Source: Mobula hypostoma (taxonomy: Eukaryota). Taken from it: a DNA stretch of 64,000 nucleotides. The notes below the pieces were generated by a model. It saw only the letters and a list, made by a program, of their open reading frames with translations. It was not told the origin of the DNA and made no database searches. Position numbers and translations under genes: made by a program. This document shows, piece after piece, positions 1-13,355 of the stretch. How positions within the stretch are numbered: position 1 is the first letter of the stretch; every line of letters starts with the position of its first letter. The stretch spans positions 15,996,001 to 16,060,000 of the forward strand of contig NC_086108.1 of assembly GCF_963921235.1 (NCBI RefSeq), written 5' to 3'.

Positions 1-676
1 GAATCTCAATAAATGCAGCTACGATCTGCACAAAGTCATCAAGGCAGTGAAACAACAATACAGGGACAAGATCCACACTCAACTCTCCACCAACAACACA
101 CGCAGATTATGGCAAGGTCTGCACACCATCACAGACTTCAAAGCTAAACACAGTGGAGTTTCCAACATTGCCTCCTCTCTCCCAGATGAGCTAAATATTT
201 TTTACGCTCGACTTGATGTTGCCAACACTGAGCCACTGAGGAGAGCCGTTGATGCGACCTGCAGCTTGGTCATCTCTGAAGCTGAAGTACGCAGGTGTTT
301 CCAACGAGTGGACAGTCGCAAGACTTTGGGACCAGATAGAATCCCGGGGCAGGTACTCAGAGTGTGCGCAGCACAACTGGCAGGTGTGTTTACCGACATT
401 TTTAATCTCTTCCTCTTCCTCTCCCAGTGTAGAGTGCCCTCCCACTTCAAAACATCCACCATTATTCCTGTACCGAAAAAGACCAAGGTAACATGTCTGA
501 ATGACTGGTGTCCTGTTGTACTCGTCTCAATAATAAGCAAATGCTTTGAGAGGCTGGTCAAGGACTACACCTGCAACATATTACCACCCACACTGAACCC
601 CGTACAATTCGCCTACCGTCCTTACACACCTGGAGAAGAAGGATGCTTATGTGAGAATGCTGTTCTTGGACTATAA
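1..676 (+). mobile_element. Rex1/Babar-type non-LTR retrotransposon RT fragment (degenerate)
   Basis: ORF 47..676 has GPDRIPGQVLRVCAAQLAGVFTDIFN, FKTSTIIPVPKK, LNDWCPV and PVQFAYR, typical of the Rex1/Babar RT N-terminal region. Confidence 0.85.
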
Positions 677-1164
677 TATGCAAATAATTCAGAAAATTAG
701 GTTGGTGCTGGATCCCAAGAGAGGGAATTTGTAGAATGTCTATGAGATGGCATTGCAGAGCAGTCTGCGGTTGAGCCCACTAGGAAAAAAACAATTCTGG
801 ATTGTGTGTTATATAATGAACCAGATTTGATTAGGGGATTTAAGATAAAGGAACCCTTCAGAGGCAAATATCATAATATGATAGAATTCACCCTGCAGTT
901 TGAGAGGGAGAAGATAAAGTCAGATGTATAAGAATCACAGTGGAGTAAAGTGAATTATTGAGGCATGAGAGAGCAGGTGGCCAAAGTTGATTGGAATGGG
1001 ATGTATCAGAGATGATGACAGAACAATGGATGCAGTTTCTGTGGGCAATTTGGAAGGTGCAGGATAGATACAGAGCATCACAAAGATGAAGAAGTATTCT
1101 TAAGGGAGAATGAGGCAACTGTGCCAGAAGGAATTTAATGTAGACAAGTGTGAGGTTTTCAATT

Positions 1165-3862
1165 ATTTCAGGTTCCCTGGCCCTCATCTTACTTTTACTC
1201 TGATGTGCAGTCCCTATACACCTCCATCCACCACCAGGAAGGGCCAAAGCTCTCCGTTTCTTTCTGGACACTAGACCTAACCAGCTCCCTTCCACTACCA
1301 CTATCCTCCACCTAATAGAACTTGACTTCACTCTAAATACTTTCTCCTTTGGCTCCTCCCACTTCCTTCAAACAAAAACTGTAGCCATAAGCACTCGCAT
1401 GGGTCCCTGCTATGCCCGTCTATTTGTTGGCTATGTGGAACAGTCTATGTTCCAAGCCTACACTGGTGACCGTGCTGTACTTTTCCTGCGCTACATTGAC
1501 AACTGCTTTCGTGCTGTTTCCTGCACCCATGCTGAACTTCTTGACTTCATTCACTTTGCCTCCAACTTCCACCCTGCCCTCAAATTTATCTGGTCCATTT
1601 CTGACACCTCCCTTCCCTTTCTCAATCTCACTGTCTCTATCTCTGGAGACAGCTTATCCATTGATGTCTATTGCAAACCCACAGACTCTCACAGCTGCCT
1701 AGACTACATCTCGTCCCACCCTACTACTTGTAAAAACGCTATCCCCATTTTTCAATTCTTCCGTCTCCACCGCATCTACTCTCAGGATGTGGCTTTTCAT
1801 TCTAGAATGAAGGAGATGTTATTTGTCATCTATATCAATGATCTGGATGATGATGTGGTAAATTGGATCAGCAAATTTGCTGATGATACAAAGATTGGAG
1901 GTGTAGTAGACAGTGAGGAAGGTTTTCAGAGCCTGCAGAGGGACTTGGACCAGCTGGAAAAATGGGCTGAAAAATGGCAGATGGAGTTTAATACAGACGT
2001 GTGAGGTATTACACGTTGGAAGGACAAACCAACGTAGAACATACAGGGTTAATGGTAAGGCACTGAGGAGTGCCGTGGAACAGAGGGATCTGGGAATACA
2101 GATACAAAATTCCCTAAAAGTGGCGTCACAGGTAGATAGGGTCGTAAAGAGAGCTTTTGGTACATTGGCCTTTATTAATCGAAGTATTGAGTATAAGAGC
2201 TGGAATGTTATGATGAGGTTGTATAAGGCATTGGTGAGGCCGAATCCGGAGTATTGTGTTCAGTTTTGGTCACCAAATTACAGGAAGGATATAAATAAGG
2301 TTGAAAGAGTGCAGAGAAGGTTTTCAAGGATATTGCCGGGACTTGAGAAACTCAGTCACAGAGAAAGGTTGAATAGGTTAGGACTTTATTCCCTGGAGCG
2401 TAGAAGAATGAGGGGAGATTTGATAGAGGTATATAAAATTATGATGGGTATAGATAGAGTGAATGCAAGCAGGCTTTTTCCACTGAGGCAAGGGGAGAAA
2501 AAAACCAGAGGACATGAGTTAGGGGTGAGGGGGGAAAAGTTTAAAGGGAACATTGGGGGGGGCTTTTTCACACAGAGAGTGGTGGGAGTATGGAATGAGC
2601 TGCCAGACGAGGTGGTAAATGCGGCTTCTTTTTTAACATTTAAGAATAAATTGGACAGATACATGGATGGGAGGTGTATGGAGGGATATGGTCCGTGTGC
2701 AGGTCAGTGGGACTAGGCAGAAAATGGTTCGGCACAGCCAAGAAGGGCCAAAAGGCCTGTTCTGTGCTGTAGTTTCTATGGTTCTATGGTTCCATGTCCT
2801 CCTTTTTCAAAGAAAGGGGCTTCCCTCCACCATCAATGCTGCCCTCAACCGCATCTTTTCCATTTCATGTACAACTGCTGTTACCCCATCCTCCCGCCAC
2901 TCTAACAGGGATAGGTTAGAGCCTCACCTATCACCCCACCAGTCTCCAGGTCCAGCACATAATTCTCCAAAACTTCCACCATCTCAAACCGGATCCCACC
3001 TCCAAACACATCTTTCCCTCCCTCTTCACTTTCTGCTTTCCGCAGGCATCTACGTGACTCCCTTGTTCATTCTACCCTTCCCACTGAACTCCCTCCTGGC
3101 AAGTGGAATGAGTGCTACACCTGCCCCTATACCTCCCACCTCACTACCATCCAGAGCCTAAACAGTTCTTCCAGTGAGGCAACACTTCACCTGTGAGTCT
3201 GTTGGGGTCATCTACTGTATTCAGTGTTCCTGTGGTCTCCTGTGTATCAGTAAGACCCAACATAGATTGGGAGACCGCTTCGCCAAGCATCTAACAGAAA
3301 AAGCGGGATCTCCCAGTGGCTATCCATTTTAATTCCACTTCCCATTCCCATTCCGATATGTCCATCCATGGCCTCCTCCACTGTCATGATGAGGCCACAC
3401 TTAGATTGGAGGAACAACACTTTATATTTCATTTGGATATTCTTCAACCTGACAGCATGAAGATCGATTTCTCGAACTTCTGGTAATGCCCCCCACACCC
3501 TTCACCATTTCCCATCCCCATTTTCCTCTCTCACCATATCTCTTTGCTATCACCTTCCTATGGTGCTCCTCCCCCTTTTTCTTCTTCCATAGCCTTCTGT
3601 CTCTTTCACCAATCAACTTCCCAGCTCTTTACTTCATCCCTCCCCCTCCAGGTTTCACCTATCGTCTTGTGTTTCTCTCTCCCCTCCCCCCCCACCTATT
3701 AAATCTACTCATCAGCTTTTTCCCCCAGTCCTGACAAAGGGTTTCAGCCTGAAACGTCCACTGTACTCTTTTCCATAGATTCTACCTGACCTGCTGAGTT
3801 CCTCCAGAATTATGTGCATGTTGCTTGGATCTCCAGCATCTGCAGATTTTCTCTTGTTTGTG
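1165..3862 (+). mobile_element. Penelope-like element (RT, GIY-YIG remnant, 3' terminal repeat), interrupted by a CR1 insertion
   Basis: RT motifs MGPCYARLFVGYVEQ and LRYIDNC from 1399. The sequence resumes after the CR1 near 2792. GIY-YIG-like FTCESVGVIYCIQCS near 3186-3230. The 3' repeat carries a hammerhead-like motif at 3726-3763. Confidence 0.85.
1819..2791 (+). mobile_element. 5'-truncated CR1 LINE inserted into the Penelope-like element
   Basis: FVIYINDLD, SKFADDTK, LVRPNPEYCVQFWSP and RGDLIEVYKI motifs. Ends in a (TTCTATGG)n-type tail. Confidence 0.92.
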
Positions 3863-3864
3863 AG

Positions 3865-5915
3865 GTTTCCACTTCGGTAGGACCAACCAGTGTAGGTCTT
3901 AAATGAATGTTAGAATGTTAAAGACTGAAGATTGTGGAAGAACAAAGGGATCTGGGAATACAGATGCATAATGCATTGAAAGTGGCAACACAGGTAGATA
4001 GAGTCGTAAAGAAAGCTTTTGGCACATTGGCCTTCATAAGTCAATATTTTGAGTACAGAAGCTGGGATGTTAGGTTGAAGTTGTATGAGACATTGGTGAG
4101 GCCTAATTTGGTGTATTGTGTGCACTTTTAGTCACCTACCTACAGAAAAGATGCAAACAAGGTTGAAAGGATGTTGCCGGGTCTAGAGGACCTGAGTTAT
4201 AAGGAAAGACTGAATAGCTTAGGACTGTATTCTTTGGAACACAGAAGATTGAGAGAAGATTTGATAAAGGTATACAAAATTATGAGGGGTATAAATTTGG
4301 TAAATGCAAGCAGACTTTTTCCACTGAGGTTAGGTGGGACTACAGCCAGAGGTCATGCGTTAATGGTGAAAGATGAGAAGCTTAAGGGGAACATGAAGGG
4401 AAACTTCTTCACTCAGAGGGTTGTGAGAGTGCGAAATGATCTGCCAGCACTAGTGGTCCGTGGGAGCTTGATTTCTATGTTTAAGAGAAGTTTGGATAGT
4501 AGGGATATGGAGGGCTATGGTCCTGGTACGGGTCAATGGGAGTAGGCAGTTAAATGGTTTTGGCATGGGCCAAATGGCCTGTTTTTGTCTGTACTCTGTG
4601 ACTATGACTCTATAACTAAAATGAACTATAAAGTGTTAAACGATGAAATATGAAATAGAAAAGAAGATAACAAAAGTTTTTTTCAATAATATAAAGAGTA
4701 AAAGAGAAGCGAGAATGGATATTAGACCACTGGAAAATGATGCTGGAGAGGTAGTAATGGGGGACAAATAAATGGTGGATGAACTTAATAAGTATTTTTT
4801 GTCAGTCTTCACTGTGGAAGACGCTAGCAGCATGCCTGAAATGCAAGAGTGTCAGAGGACAGAAGCGAGAAAGGTTGCCATGACTAAGAAGAAGGTTCGA
4901 AGTCAAAGTAAACTTATTATCAAACTACATATATGTCTCCATATACAACCCTGAGATTCATTTTCATGTGGGCATACACAGCGAATCTAAGAAACACAGC
5001 AGGATCAATGAAAGACCACAGCTAACGGGACAGACAAAGAACCAATGTGCAAAAGACAACAAACTGGGCAAATACAAAAATAAATGAATGAATGAACAAA
5101 TTAATAACACAAATAAACAAACAAATGAATAAATAAATAAATAGGCAATAAATATCGAGAACATGATGTGAAGAGTCCTTGAAAGAGAGTCCATAGGTTG
5201 TGGGAACTGTTCAGTGATGGTGTGAGTGAAGCTGAGTGAAGTTATCCCCTCTGGTTCAAGAGCCTAGTGGTTGAAAAGCAAATGCAATGTCAGCATTCAT
5301 TTCGAGAGGACTAGATTATATAAAAGCAAGGATGTAATGTTGAGGCTTTATAAGGCTTTGGTCAGACCACACTTGGAGGATTGTGAGCAGTTGTGGGCAC
5401 CCTGTCTAAGAAAAGATGTGTCAGCACTGGAGAGGGTCCAGAGGAGGTTCACGAGAATGATTCCATGAATGAAAAGGTTACTGTGTGAGGAGAATTTGAT
5501 GTTTCTGGGCCTGTACTCACTGGAATTTAGAAGAATGAGGGGGAATCGCATTGAAACATATTGAATATTGAAAGTGTAAATAAAGTGGATGTGGAGAGGA
5601 TGTTTTCTATGGTGGTTAAGTCTAGGACCAGAGGGCACAGCCTCAGAATAGAGGGATGTCCATTTAGCAGGAATTTTTTTAGCCAGAGGGTGGTGAATCT
5701 GTGGAATTCATTGTCAGGAACTGTTATGGAGGCCCAGTCATTGAGTACACTTAAAGCGGAGGTTAATAGGTTTTTAGTTAGTCGGGGCATCAAAGGTTAC
5801 GTGGAGAAAATAGAAAAATTGGGTTGAGAGGGCTAATAAATCAGCCACAATGGAATGGCGGAGAAGACTCAATGTGCCAAGTGGCCTAATTCTGCTCCTA
5901 AGTCTATGTCTTATG
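3865..5915 (+). mobile_element. Cluster of decayed CR1 LINE fragments (about 3865-4610, 4630-4897, 5272-5915) with an intervening repeat
   Basis: ORFs 3934..4131, 4171..4545, 4772..4954, 5271..5468 and 5561..5827 carry CR1 ORF2 motifs (LVRP.LE.C, FF.QRVVN.WN.L) broken by stops and frameshifts. Confidence 0.85.
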
Positions 5916-5921
5916 GATTTA

Positions 5922-7957
5922 GTGACCAACACACTTCAATCGGTAAGGATAGAGAACAATACCTCTGCTGTGATTGTTCTCAACACTAGCTCCCCACAAG
6001 GCTGTGTTCTCAGCCCCCTACTCTATCCCTTTTACACTCATGACTGACTGGCTCGAACCTGCTGTAACTTCATCTGAGAGTTTGCAGACAATGCTACTGT
6101 AGTGAGCCATATCTCAAATAAAGCTAAGTCGGAGTAATAAAGGCATCTGTTAGTCTTGCGAGACCATGGATCTGCGCCTGGAAAGTCTTCACTCTCCAGG
6201 GTGCAGGCCTGGGCAAGGTTGTATGGAAGACCAGCAGTTGCCCATGCTACAAATCTCCCCTCTCCAGGACACCAATGTTGTCCAAGGGAAGGGAATTAGG
6301 ACCCATACAGCTTGTCACCAGTGTCGTCGCAGAGCAATGTGTGATTGAGTGCCTTGGTCAAGGACACAACACATTGCCTCGGCTGGGGCTCGAACTCACG
6401 ACCTTCAGGTTGCTAGTCCAATGCCTTAACCACTTGGCCACATCGGAGTACAAGAAGGAGATAAGGAACCTCGTGCCATGATACTATAACAAAAACTTTC
6501 CCTCAATGTCAGCAAAATGAAAGAGCTGGCATTGATTTCAGGAAGTGGGGTGGTGCTCACTGTTTGTTTACAGCAACAATGCTGAAGTTGAGAGAGTTAA
6601 GAGTTGAGAGTTCCTTGGATTGAACATCACCAAAAATTTCTCCTGTACAATCGCTTAACACCACAACCAAGAAGGCTCACCAGTACCCCTACTTCCCCAG
6701 GAGGCTATAGAAATTTGCCATGTCCTTCTCGACCCTCACCAATTTTCATTGATGCACCATAGAAGGAATCCTATCAGGACACATTTTGACCTTGGTATGG
6801 CAACTGTTCTCTTCATGATGCAAGAAACTGTACTGGACACAGCTCAGTACGTTATACAAAACAACCTCCTCTCCATGGACTCTGTCTACACTTCTTGCTG
6901 GCCAGCAACCAAAGATTCTCTCTTGTTCCACCTACCCCACCCACCTTCAGGCAGAAGATACAGAAGCCTGAAAGCAAATTCCACCCAGATTCAAGGACAG
7001 CTTCTACTCTGCTGTTATGAAACCCTTGAATGGTTCCCTAGTGCTATAAGATGGACTCTTGACCTTACAACCTACCTTGTTGTGATCTTGCATCTCATTA
7101 TCAACTTTCTGTACAGTAACACTTTAATTCTGCATCTTATGACTATTTATCTTGTATGACCTCAGTGCAATGTTGATCAGTATAGAAGTTAATTTTTACA
7201 TTGTATCTCTGTACACATGATAATAATCTTCTTGGTGTTCACCTGGTGGAGAATCTCACCTGGTCCCTCAACACCAGCTCCATAGCAAAGAAAGCCCAGC
7301 AGCGTCTCTACTTTCTGCGAAGTCTGAGAAAATTCCATCTCCCATCCCTCATCCTCACCACATTCTACAGAGGTTGTATTGAGAGCATCCTGAGCAGCTG
7401 CATCACTGCCTGGTTTGGAAATTGCACCATCTCGGATCGCAAGACCCTGCAGCGGATAGTGAGGTCAGCTGAGAAGATTATCGGGGTCTCTCTTCCCACC
7501 ATTATAGACATTTACATCATACGCTGCATCCGCAAAGCGAACAGCATTATGAAGGACCCCACGCACCCCTCATACAAACTCTTCTCCCTCCTGCCATCTG
7601 GCAAAAGGCACGAAAGCATTTGGGCTCTCACGACCAGACTATGTAACAGTTTCTTCCCCTAAGCCATCAGACTCCTCAATACCCAGAGCCTGGACTGACA
7701 CCAACCTACTGCCCTCTACTGTGCCTATTGTCTTGTTTATTATTTATTGTAATGCCTGCACTGTTTTGTGCACTTTATGCAGTCTTGGGTAAGTCTGTAG
7801 TCTAGTGTAGTTTTTGTGTTGTTTTACATAGCTCAGTGTAGTGTTTGTATTGTTTCATGTAGCACCATGGTCCAGAAAAACATTGTCTCGTTTTTACTGT
7901 GTACTGTACCAGCAGTTATGGTCGAAATGACAATAAAAAGTGACTTGACTTGACTTG
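5922..7957 (+). mobile_element. Two adjacent Rex1/Babar LINE 3' fragments (about 5922-7225 old, about 7227-7957 younger)
   Basis: PQGCVLSPLLY motif. ORF 7201..7662 has KKAQQRLYFLR, FYRGCIESILSSCITAWFG and LLPSGKR. Ends with AATAAA and a (TGACT)n tail. Confidence 0.85.
6137..6442 (-). mobile_element. tRNA-derived SINE with 8-bp TSD
   Basis: The minus-strand head GTGGCCAAGTGGTTAAGGC...GTTCGAGCCCC has Pol III A and B boxes. TCGGAGTA is repeated at 6129-6136 and 6443-6450. It interrupts a Rex1-like RT remnant. Confidence 0.85.
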
Positions 7958-8049
7958 AATAACCAATTTACCAATTTTACATGAGCCATTTATTATTTAT
8001 TTTATTATTATTATTATTATTATTATTAGCTTGTTTATTTCGGCTTTTT

Positions 8050-8127
8050 TCATAAAGATGTGCTGGGTGCGTTCCGGCTACCGCTGCACCCCTGCATGCT
8101 TCGCGGCCCGGAGGTTGGGGACCACTG
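8050..8127. mobile_element. Terminal fragment of a hAT-type DNA transposon or MITE
   Basis: Ends in AGGTTGGGGACCACTG (reverse complement CAGTGGTCCCCAACCT), similar to the hAT TIR at 36527. No partner end found. Confidence 0.5.
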
Positions 8128-8199
8128 ATCTAAAAGACACTTAGGTAGGTACATGGATGGAAAAGATTCAGAGGGATATAGATCAAATGTAAACAAGTG

Positions 8200-9050
8200 A
8201 AAAATGCATGGTCATGCACTTTGGTAGTAGAAATAAATGTGCGGACTATTTTCTAAATGGGGAGAAAATCCAGGAATCTGAGATGCAAAGGGACTTGAGT
8301 GTCCTTGTGCAGAACACCCTAAAGGTTCATTTGTAGGTTGAGTCAGTGGTGAGGAAGGCAAATGTCATGTTAGTATTCATTTCAAGAGTTTAGAATACAA
8401 GAGCAAGGATGTGATGCTGGGGCTTTAACCAATTTCCTCCCAGATCAATAAAGTATGACTATGACTATAAGGCACTGGTGAGGCCTCACATTGAGTATTG
8501 TGAACAGTTTTGGGCCCCTCATCTTAGAAAAGATGTTCTCCTATTGGAGAAGGTCCAGAAGAGATTCACAAGAATGATTCCACGAATAAAAGGGTTATCA
8601 TACGACGAATGTTTGATGGCTCTGGATCTGTATTCGCTGGAATTCAGAAGGATGAAGGTGGATCTCACGGAAACCTTTCGAATTTTGAAAGGCCTAGACA
8701 GAGTAGATGTAGAAAGGATGTTTCCCATGGTGGGAGAGTCTAGGACAAGAGGGCGCAGCTTCAGAATAGAGGGGCACCCTTTCAAAACAGAGATGCAGAG
8801 AAATTTCTTTAGCCAAAGGGTGGTGAATTTGTGGAATTTGTTGCCACATGCATCTGTGGAGGCCAGATCATTGGGTGTATTTAAGGCAGAGATTGATAGG
8901 TTCTTGATTGGACATGGCATCAAAGGTTATGGGGAGAAGGCTGGGAACTAGGGTTGAGGAGGAAAGGGAAAAAAAGATCACCCATGATTGAATGGCGGAG
9001 CAGACTTGATGAACCAGATAGCCTAACTCTGCTCCTGTGTCTTATGGTCT
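8200..9050 (+). mobile_element. CR1 LINE 3' fragment with a roughly 40-bp Rex1-tail micro-insertion near 8428-8468
   Basis: ORF 8478..8951 is a CR1 C-terminus. The inserted AACCAATTTCC...AATAAAGTATGACTATGACTAT matches the tail at about 15568-15610. Confidence 0.85.
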
Positions 9051-10405
9051 AAGTGGAATGGTATCTTGGACCATCTGGGCCAAAGTACCTGTTTCTGTGC
9101 TGTGTGACGCTAGGGAGGAACAAGGGAACTGACTGGTGAGAGAAACTCTATTTCTGCTGAAAGGAGAGTTCAGAATGAGGAAGCAGACTGTAAAACTGAA
9201 ACTAAACCTTTCAGTAAATGGTTAGAAAACATCCTAGCACCACAATAATATTGCTGAATTGAAACAGCAATTAATGCTAAGTTAGTTGCTAATTTTAAAA
9301 CTGACACTAACAGGTTTTGTTACTCAATATGTTAATGGATCAATGGAGTTGGGTCATATGTCAGCCATTCTCCAGTGGTTCTCCGGGTGGAACCTAGAGA
9401 TCAACCTTCGTATTCACAGAGACTATTGATACATCAATAGAGACATCAGAGATGTGCTTCAGTAAAGATTTAATGGAGTTGTCCAAAAATAAGAGTTATA
9501 AAATTATTTAAGGGAAATAATTTACAGCAGCAGGATGGTTGCTATGCAAAGACAAAGATAACGAGAGGATAGTAGGTTCAGAGACCTCGTGGCTTTATCA
9601 GGAAATCAGTATACAGAGTCCTGTATTATTGATCAGCATAAGCAATTTTGAAAACCACTCACCAGAACTGGGGAACTTAAAATGAATTATTAAGTAAATG
9701 TGGAATAGAAAGCCAGTACTAGTAATGATAATTACATAACTACGAGAATGTCATAAATACCCTCTGTTTCACAAATGTCCTTGTCGAAGGAAACTGGTCA
9801 TTCTTAAGCAGTCTAGTTTATATTGATGGTTTCAGACCCATCAATGTAGTTAGCTTTTGACTACCTAATCAAGTGGTCCCTTCCCGGAGCACAATGTGGG
9901 TCAGTGACAAAGGACATTCAGGGTCTTGGCCTCTGGGCTCAAAGGCCAACAACATGGATATGGGATGTGGGGCATCTGGAATTCAGGCTTTCACTCAACG
10001 CTCAAAGGCCAGTGACACAGACCGGTGACAAAGGACATATAAGGGTGTCAGTCTGTCCCAGTTCAGTGGATCCCAGGGTCAGTGAGTTGGCCAGCCCAAT
10101 GTTCAAGGTTGGAGTTCAGGGTCCTGTTATTGGCTACTCTGGGGGTCATTACCAAAGATCGAAGCCTGAAGGTCTATTGGAAGCTGGAGGTCGAAGACCG
10201 AAGCCTCAACACTGGAGATAAGATGTCATCCATGTGGGTGGGTTGGTGTGGGAGAGAGAAAAGGGTATTTTTTTGTTGCCCTATTGCTTGCTGTGTTCTG
10301 TGTTGCTCTGTTGAACATTGTGGGCATGCTATATTGGCACTTGAATGTGGAGCGATGGTTGTGGGCTGCTCCCAGCAGACCCTCAGGTTTGTAGGTTGTT
10401 GACAC

Positions 10406-11267
10406 TGTGACGGGGTCCTGAATTACCCCTATGAACTGTGCTTTTGAAAAGACAGAAAGAGAGATATTTACCACCGATATCTTGTTTTGAAAAGAGAGAG
10501 AGAAAGAAAGAGAGAGAGAGATGAAGACTCAAACAACAGGAATTCTGCTTGAGAGATGAAGACTAACTGTTGGACTGTCATTTTAGGACACGAGAAAGAA
10601 CTGGCTAACTTTCGGATTTCTGCTGAGTTGGAGACAGCGCTGAGCAACTTGTAAGTTGCTATGGTGACCGAAGGCGGCGTTATTTGATAGGCACTCAATG
10701 TTATGATTTTCCGGCAGCGTGTTGATACTTCTCAAGGATATTCGCCTGCTTGTGCATTTCTTACACAGAGAGAGGAAGGAGGAGTTATTTAAGTGACAGT
10801 GGATGTTCAGCATGGGAAGATAAAATAGAAGGTCAGATGATAGACCTCAGGCACATGTTTTGGACACTGAATGAGCTTTGTTGTGCCCGCAGAAAAAGTG
10901 GGTTTTTGGAGGATTGATCAGGCGGATCGATCAGTTGGCTCTTACAGTGAGAAAAGGGATTGATCGGTGGGGAGTTGCCCATGTGTCCACCCTTTGCCTG
11001 GGTTGATAGCTCCACCACAGGAAACCAGTCCCCTTTGTTGTGGTCATAGACGGTGACTTTTAAAGGATTTCGGAGGACAACGAGAAGATCGACGGGGTCA
11101 GCTCAACTGAAGACTCAAATCTCTCCCTCTCTCTCCATCACTACTCAACTCAATACCATGAACTGAACTGAACTGAACTTTACTCATCATCGTAAGACTG
11201 TATCTTTTTACCCCTAGACTTGAAGCAGCTTTGTTTTTCATATATATTTCCACACTTACTGATATAC

Positions 11268-11327
<60 letters not shown>

Positions 11328-11486
11328 TTATTTATTTATTTATTTATATATCATTGCTAACCTGTTTGATTTATCTACATTTATATTTCTGTATTGTGTA
11401 GTTACGAATAAATATTATTAGTTAATAGCAATACTGGACTCCAAGGTGTTCTCTGTTTCTGCTGGTTCTTCACGGGTTACGTAACA
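10406..11486 (+). mobile_element. Solo LTR of a Gypsy (Gmr1-like) family
   Basis: TGTGACG...TACGTAACA termini with ACAC TSD at 10402-10405 and 11487-11490. Shares blocks (TTTTACCCCTAGACT, GCTAACCTGTT, TTTCTGCTGGTT) with the LTRs at 56332 and 60349. Confidence 0.9.
11270..11325. repeat. (CA)n microsatellite inside the solo LTR
   Basis: Uninterrupted AC run followed by (ATTT)n. Confidence 0.97.
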
Positions 11487-11624
11487 ACACAAATGGGGCA
11501 TGTTTTGATGTATGTATGATAAATAAATGAACATCAATTTGACTTTGACTCTGAATTAAAGGTAAAACAAAAATAAACATGAAGCTAGCAATAGCCACAT
11601 CTCATGAATTAGTAAGCAGACAAA

Positions 11625-12520
11625 ACTTTCTGCTTTCCATGGGGATCATTCCCTTCATGACTCCCTTGTCCATTCATCCCTCCCCACTGATCTCCCTCAT
11701 GGCTCTTCTCCTCGCAAGCGGATCAAGTGCTACACCTGCCCCTACACCTCCTCCCTCACTACCATCAGGGCCCCAAACAGTCCTTCCAGGTGAGGTGACT
11801 CTTCACCTGTGAGGCTGTTGGGGTCATATACTGTATCCGGTGCTCCCGGTGTGGCCTCCTGTATATTGGTGAGAGTCGACATAGGTTGGGAGACCGCTTT
11901 GCTGAGCACTTACGCTCCATCTGTCAGAAAAAGCAGGATCTCCCAATGGCCACCCATTTTAATTCCACTTCCCAGTCCCATTCCAACATGTCAGTCCATG
12001 GCCTCCTCGACTGTCGTGACGAGGCCCCTCTCGGGTTGGGAGAACCATCTGGGTAGCCTCCAAACTGATGGCATGAACATCTCAAACTTCTGGTATACAC
12101 ACCCCCCTCACCATTCCCCATTCCCATTTCCCTTTCTCACATTATCACCTTACCTACTTATCACCTCCCCATAGTGCTCCTCCCCCTTTTCTTTCTTCCA
12201 CGGCCTTCCGAATTCTCCTATCAGATACTCCCTTCTCCGGCCCTGTATTTCCACCAATCACTCCCCCCCCCGCCCCGCCAGCTCTTTACCTCACCCCTTC
12301 CACCCTCCCGGTTTCACCTATCACCTTGTGTTTCTTCCTCCCCTCACCCCACTTTCTTACTCTGACTCCTCGACTTTTTTTTCTCCAGCCCTGCTGAAGG
12401 GTCTCAGTCCAAAACGTTGACTATACTCTTTTCCATAGTTGCTGCATGGCATGCTGAGTTCCTCCAGCATTCTGCGTATGTGGCTTGGATTTCCAGCATC
12501 TGAAATTTTCTCTTGTTTGT
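11625..12520 (+). mobile_element. Penelope-like element 3' fragment (GIY-YIG remnant and terminal repeat)
   Basis: FTCEAVGVIYCIRCSRCGLLYIGE reading near 11801-11872. Homologous to 3030-3862. Confidence 0.85.
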
Positions 12521-13219
12521 TATTAGACAAAAAATAAAAGTTATTTATAAAAGAACTCAAGGCATCTGAGAATTAGTGGTATTTTATGTGGAATGACCGG
12601 CAGCTCTCACAGCTTTAAAAAATGGATAAATACTTTAGAAATATCATGAGGATAACAGAGAAAGAGTTTGGAGGTACTAGGAGTTGATAGCTATGCAAAA
12701 TTGGTCCTTTTATGCTGACGGCTTCTGTAAAAGTAAAAATATTTGATTGACTGTGCAATTGTCTATGAACTTTATTGACTCTTCTCAACACTTTCCAAGT
12801 CGCTGCTTGAAAGTCACAATAATATCTTTGTGACTATATTTGGCAGTTCAAAGCATCAAATTGTTTGAAAACTACAGCAAACTGAGAGCAATACACAGTT
12901 ACAAGCCATGGACTTGGAATGTTCATTTCCTACATTCTGCAATCAATCAAGTTTAAACCCCTCTTTGGGCAGATGTTTAAACAACTGGAATTTCAGAAGG
13001 AAACAATCACCCTTTCCTGCTTCAGTTTAAAACCAGCTAAATCACACAAAAGCAAGCCAAACAGTTAAGAAATAAAACGAATCAAGTCTTACACTGGGCA
13101 AATTACAAAGAAATTAAAAACATGTTAAGCAAAAATGTAAAAAAAACGAGCTAATTTTTAAATTATATGAAACACCAATAGGCAAAGCTTTACAAATGAT
13201 CAGAATTTTACTGACTTAC

Positions 13220-13355
13220 AAGCTGCTTGTCAAAAGTTCCTTATTGTTTTCTTCAAAACTAAGAACACACATCTACTTCCTGCTCTACGATAGATTTGAT
13301 AGTTGTAGGTGGGGTGACATTTAACCAAATATGTCTCGGCTACAACTGCATCACA
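13220..13355 (-). other. Candidate internal exon of the divergent minus-strand transcript
   Basis: Minus-strand acceptor CCTTTCCTTTCAG just before 13355 and consensus donor GTAAGT at 13219-13214, in non-repetitive sequence. Product unknown. Confidence 0.5.

Noticed and set aside
6370..6442. tRNA-like sequence on the minus strand
   Set aside because: It is the head of a TSD-flanked SINE and lacks a proper acceptor stem.
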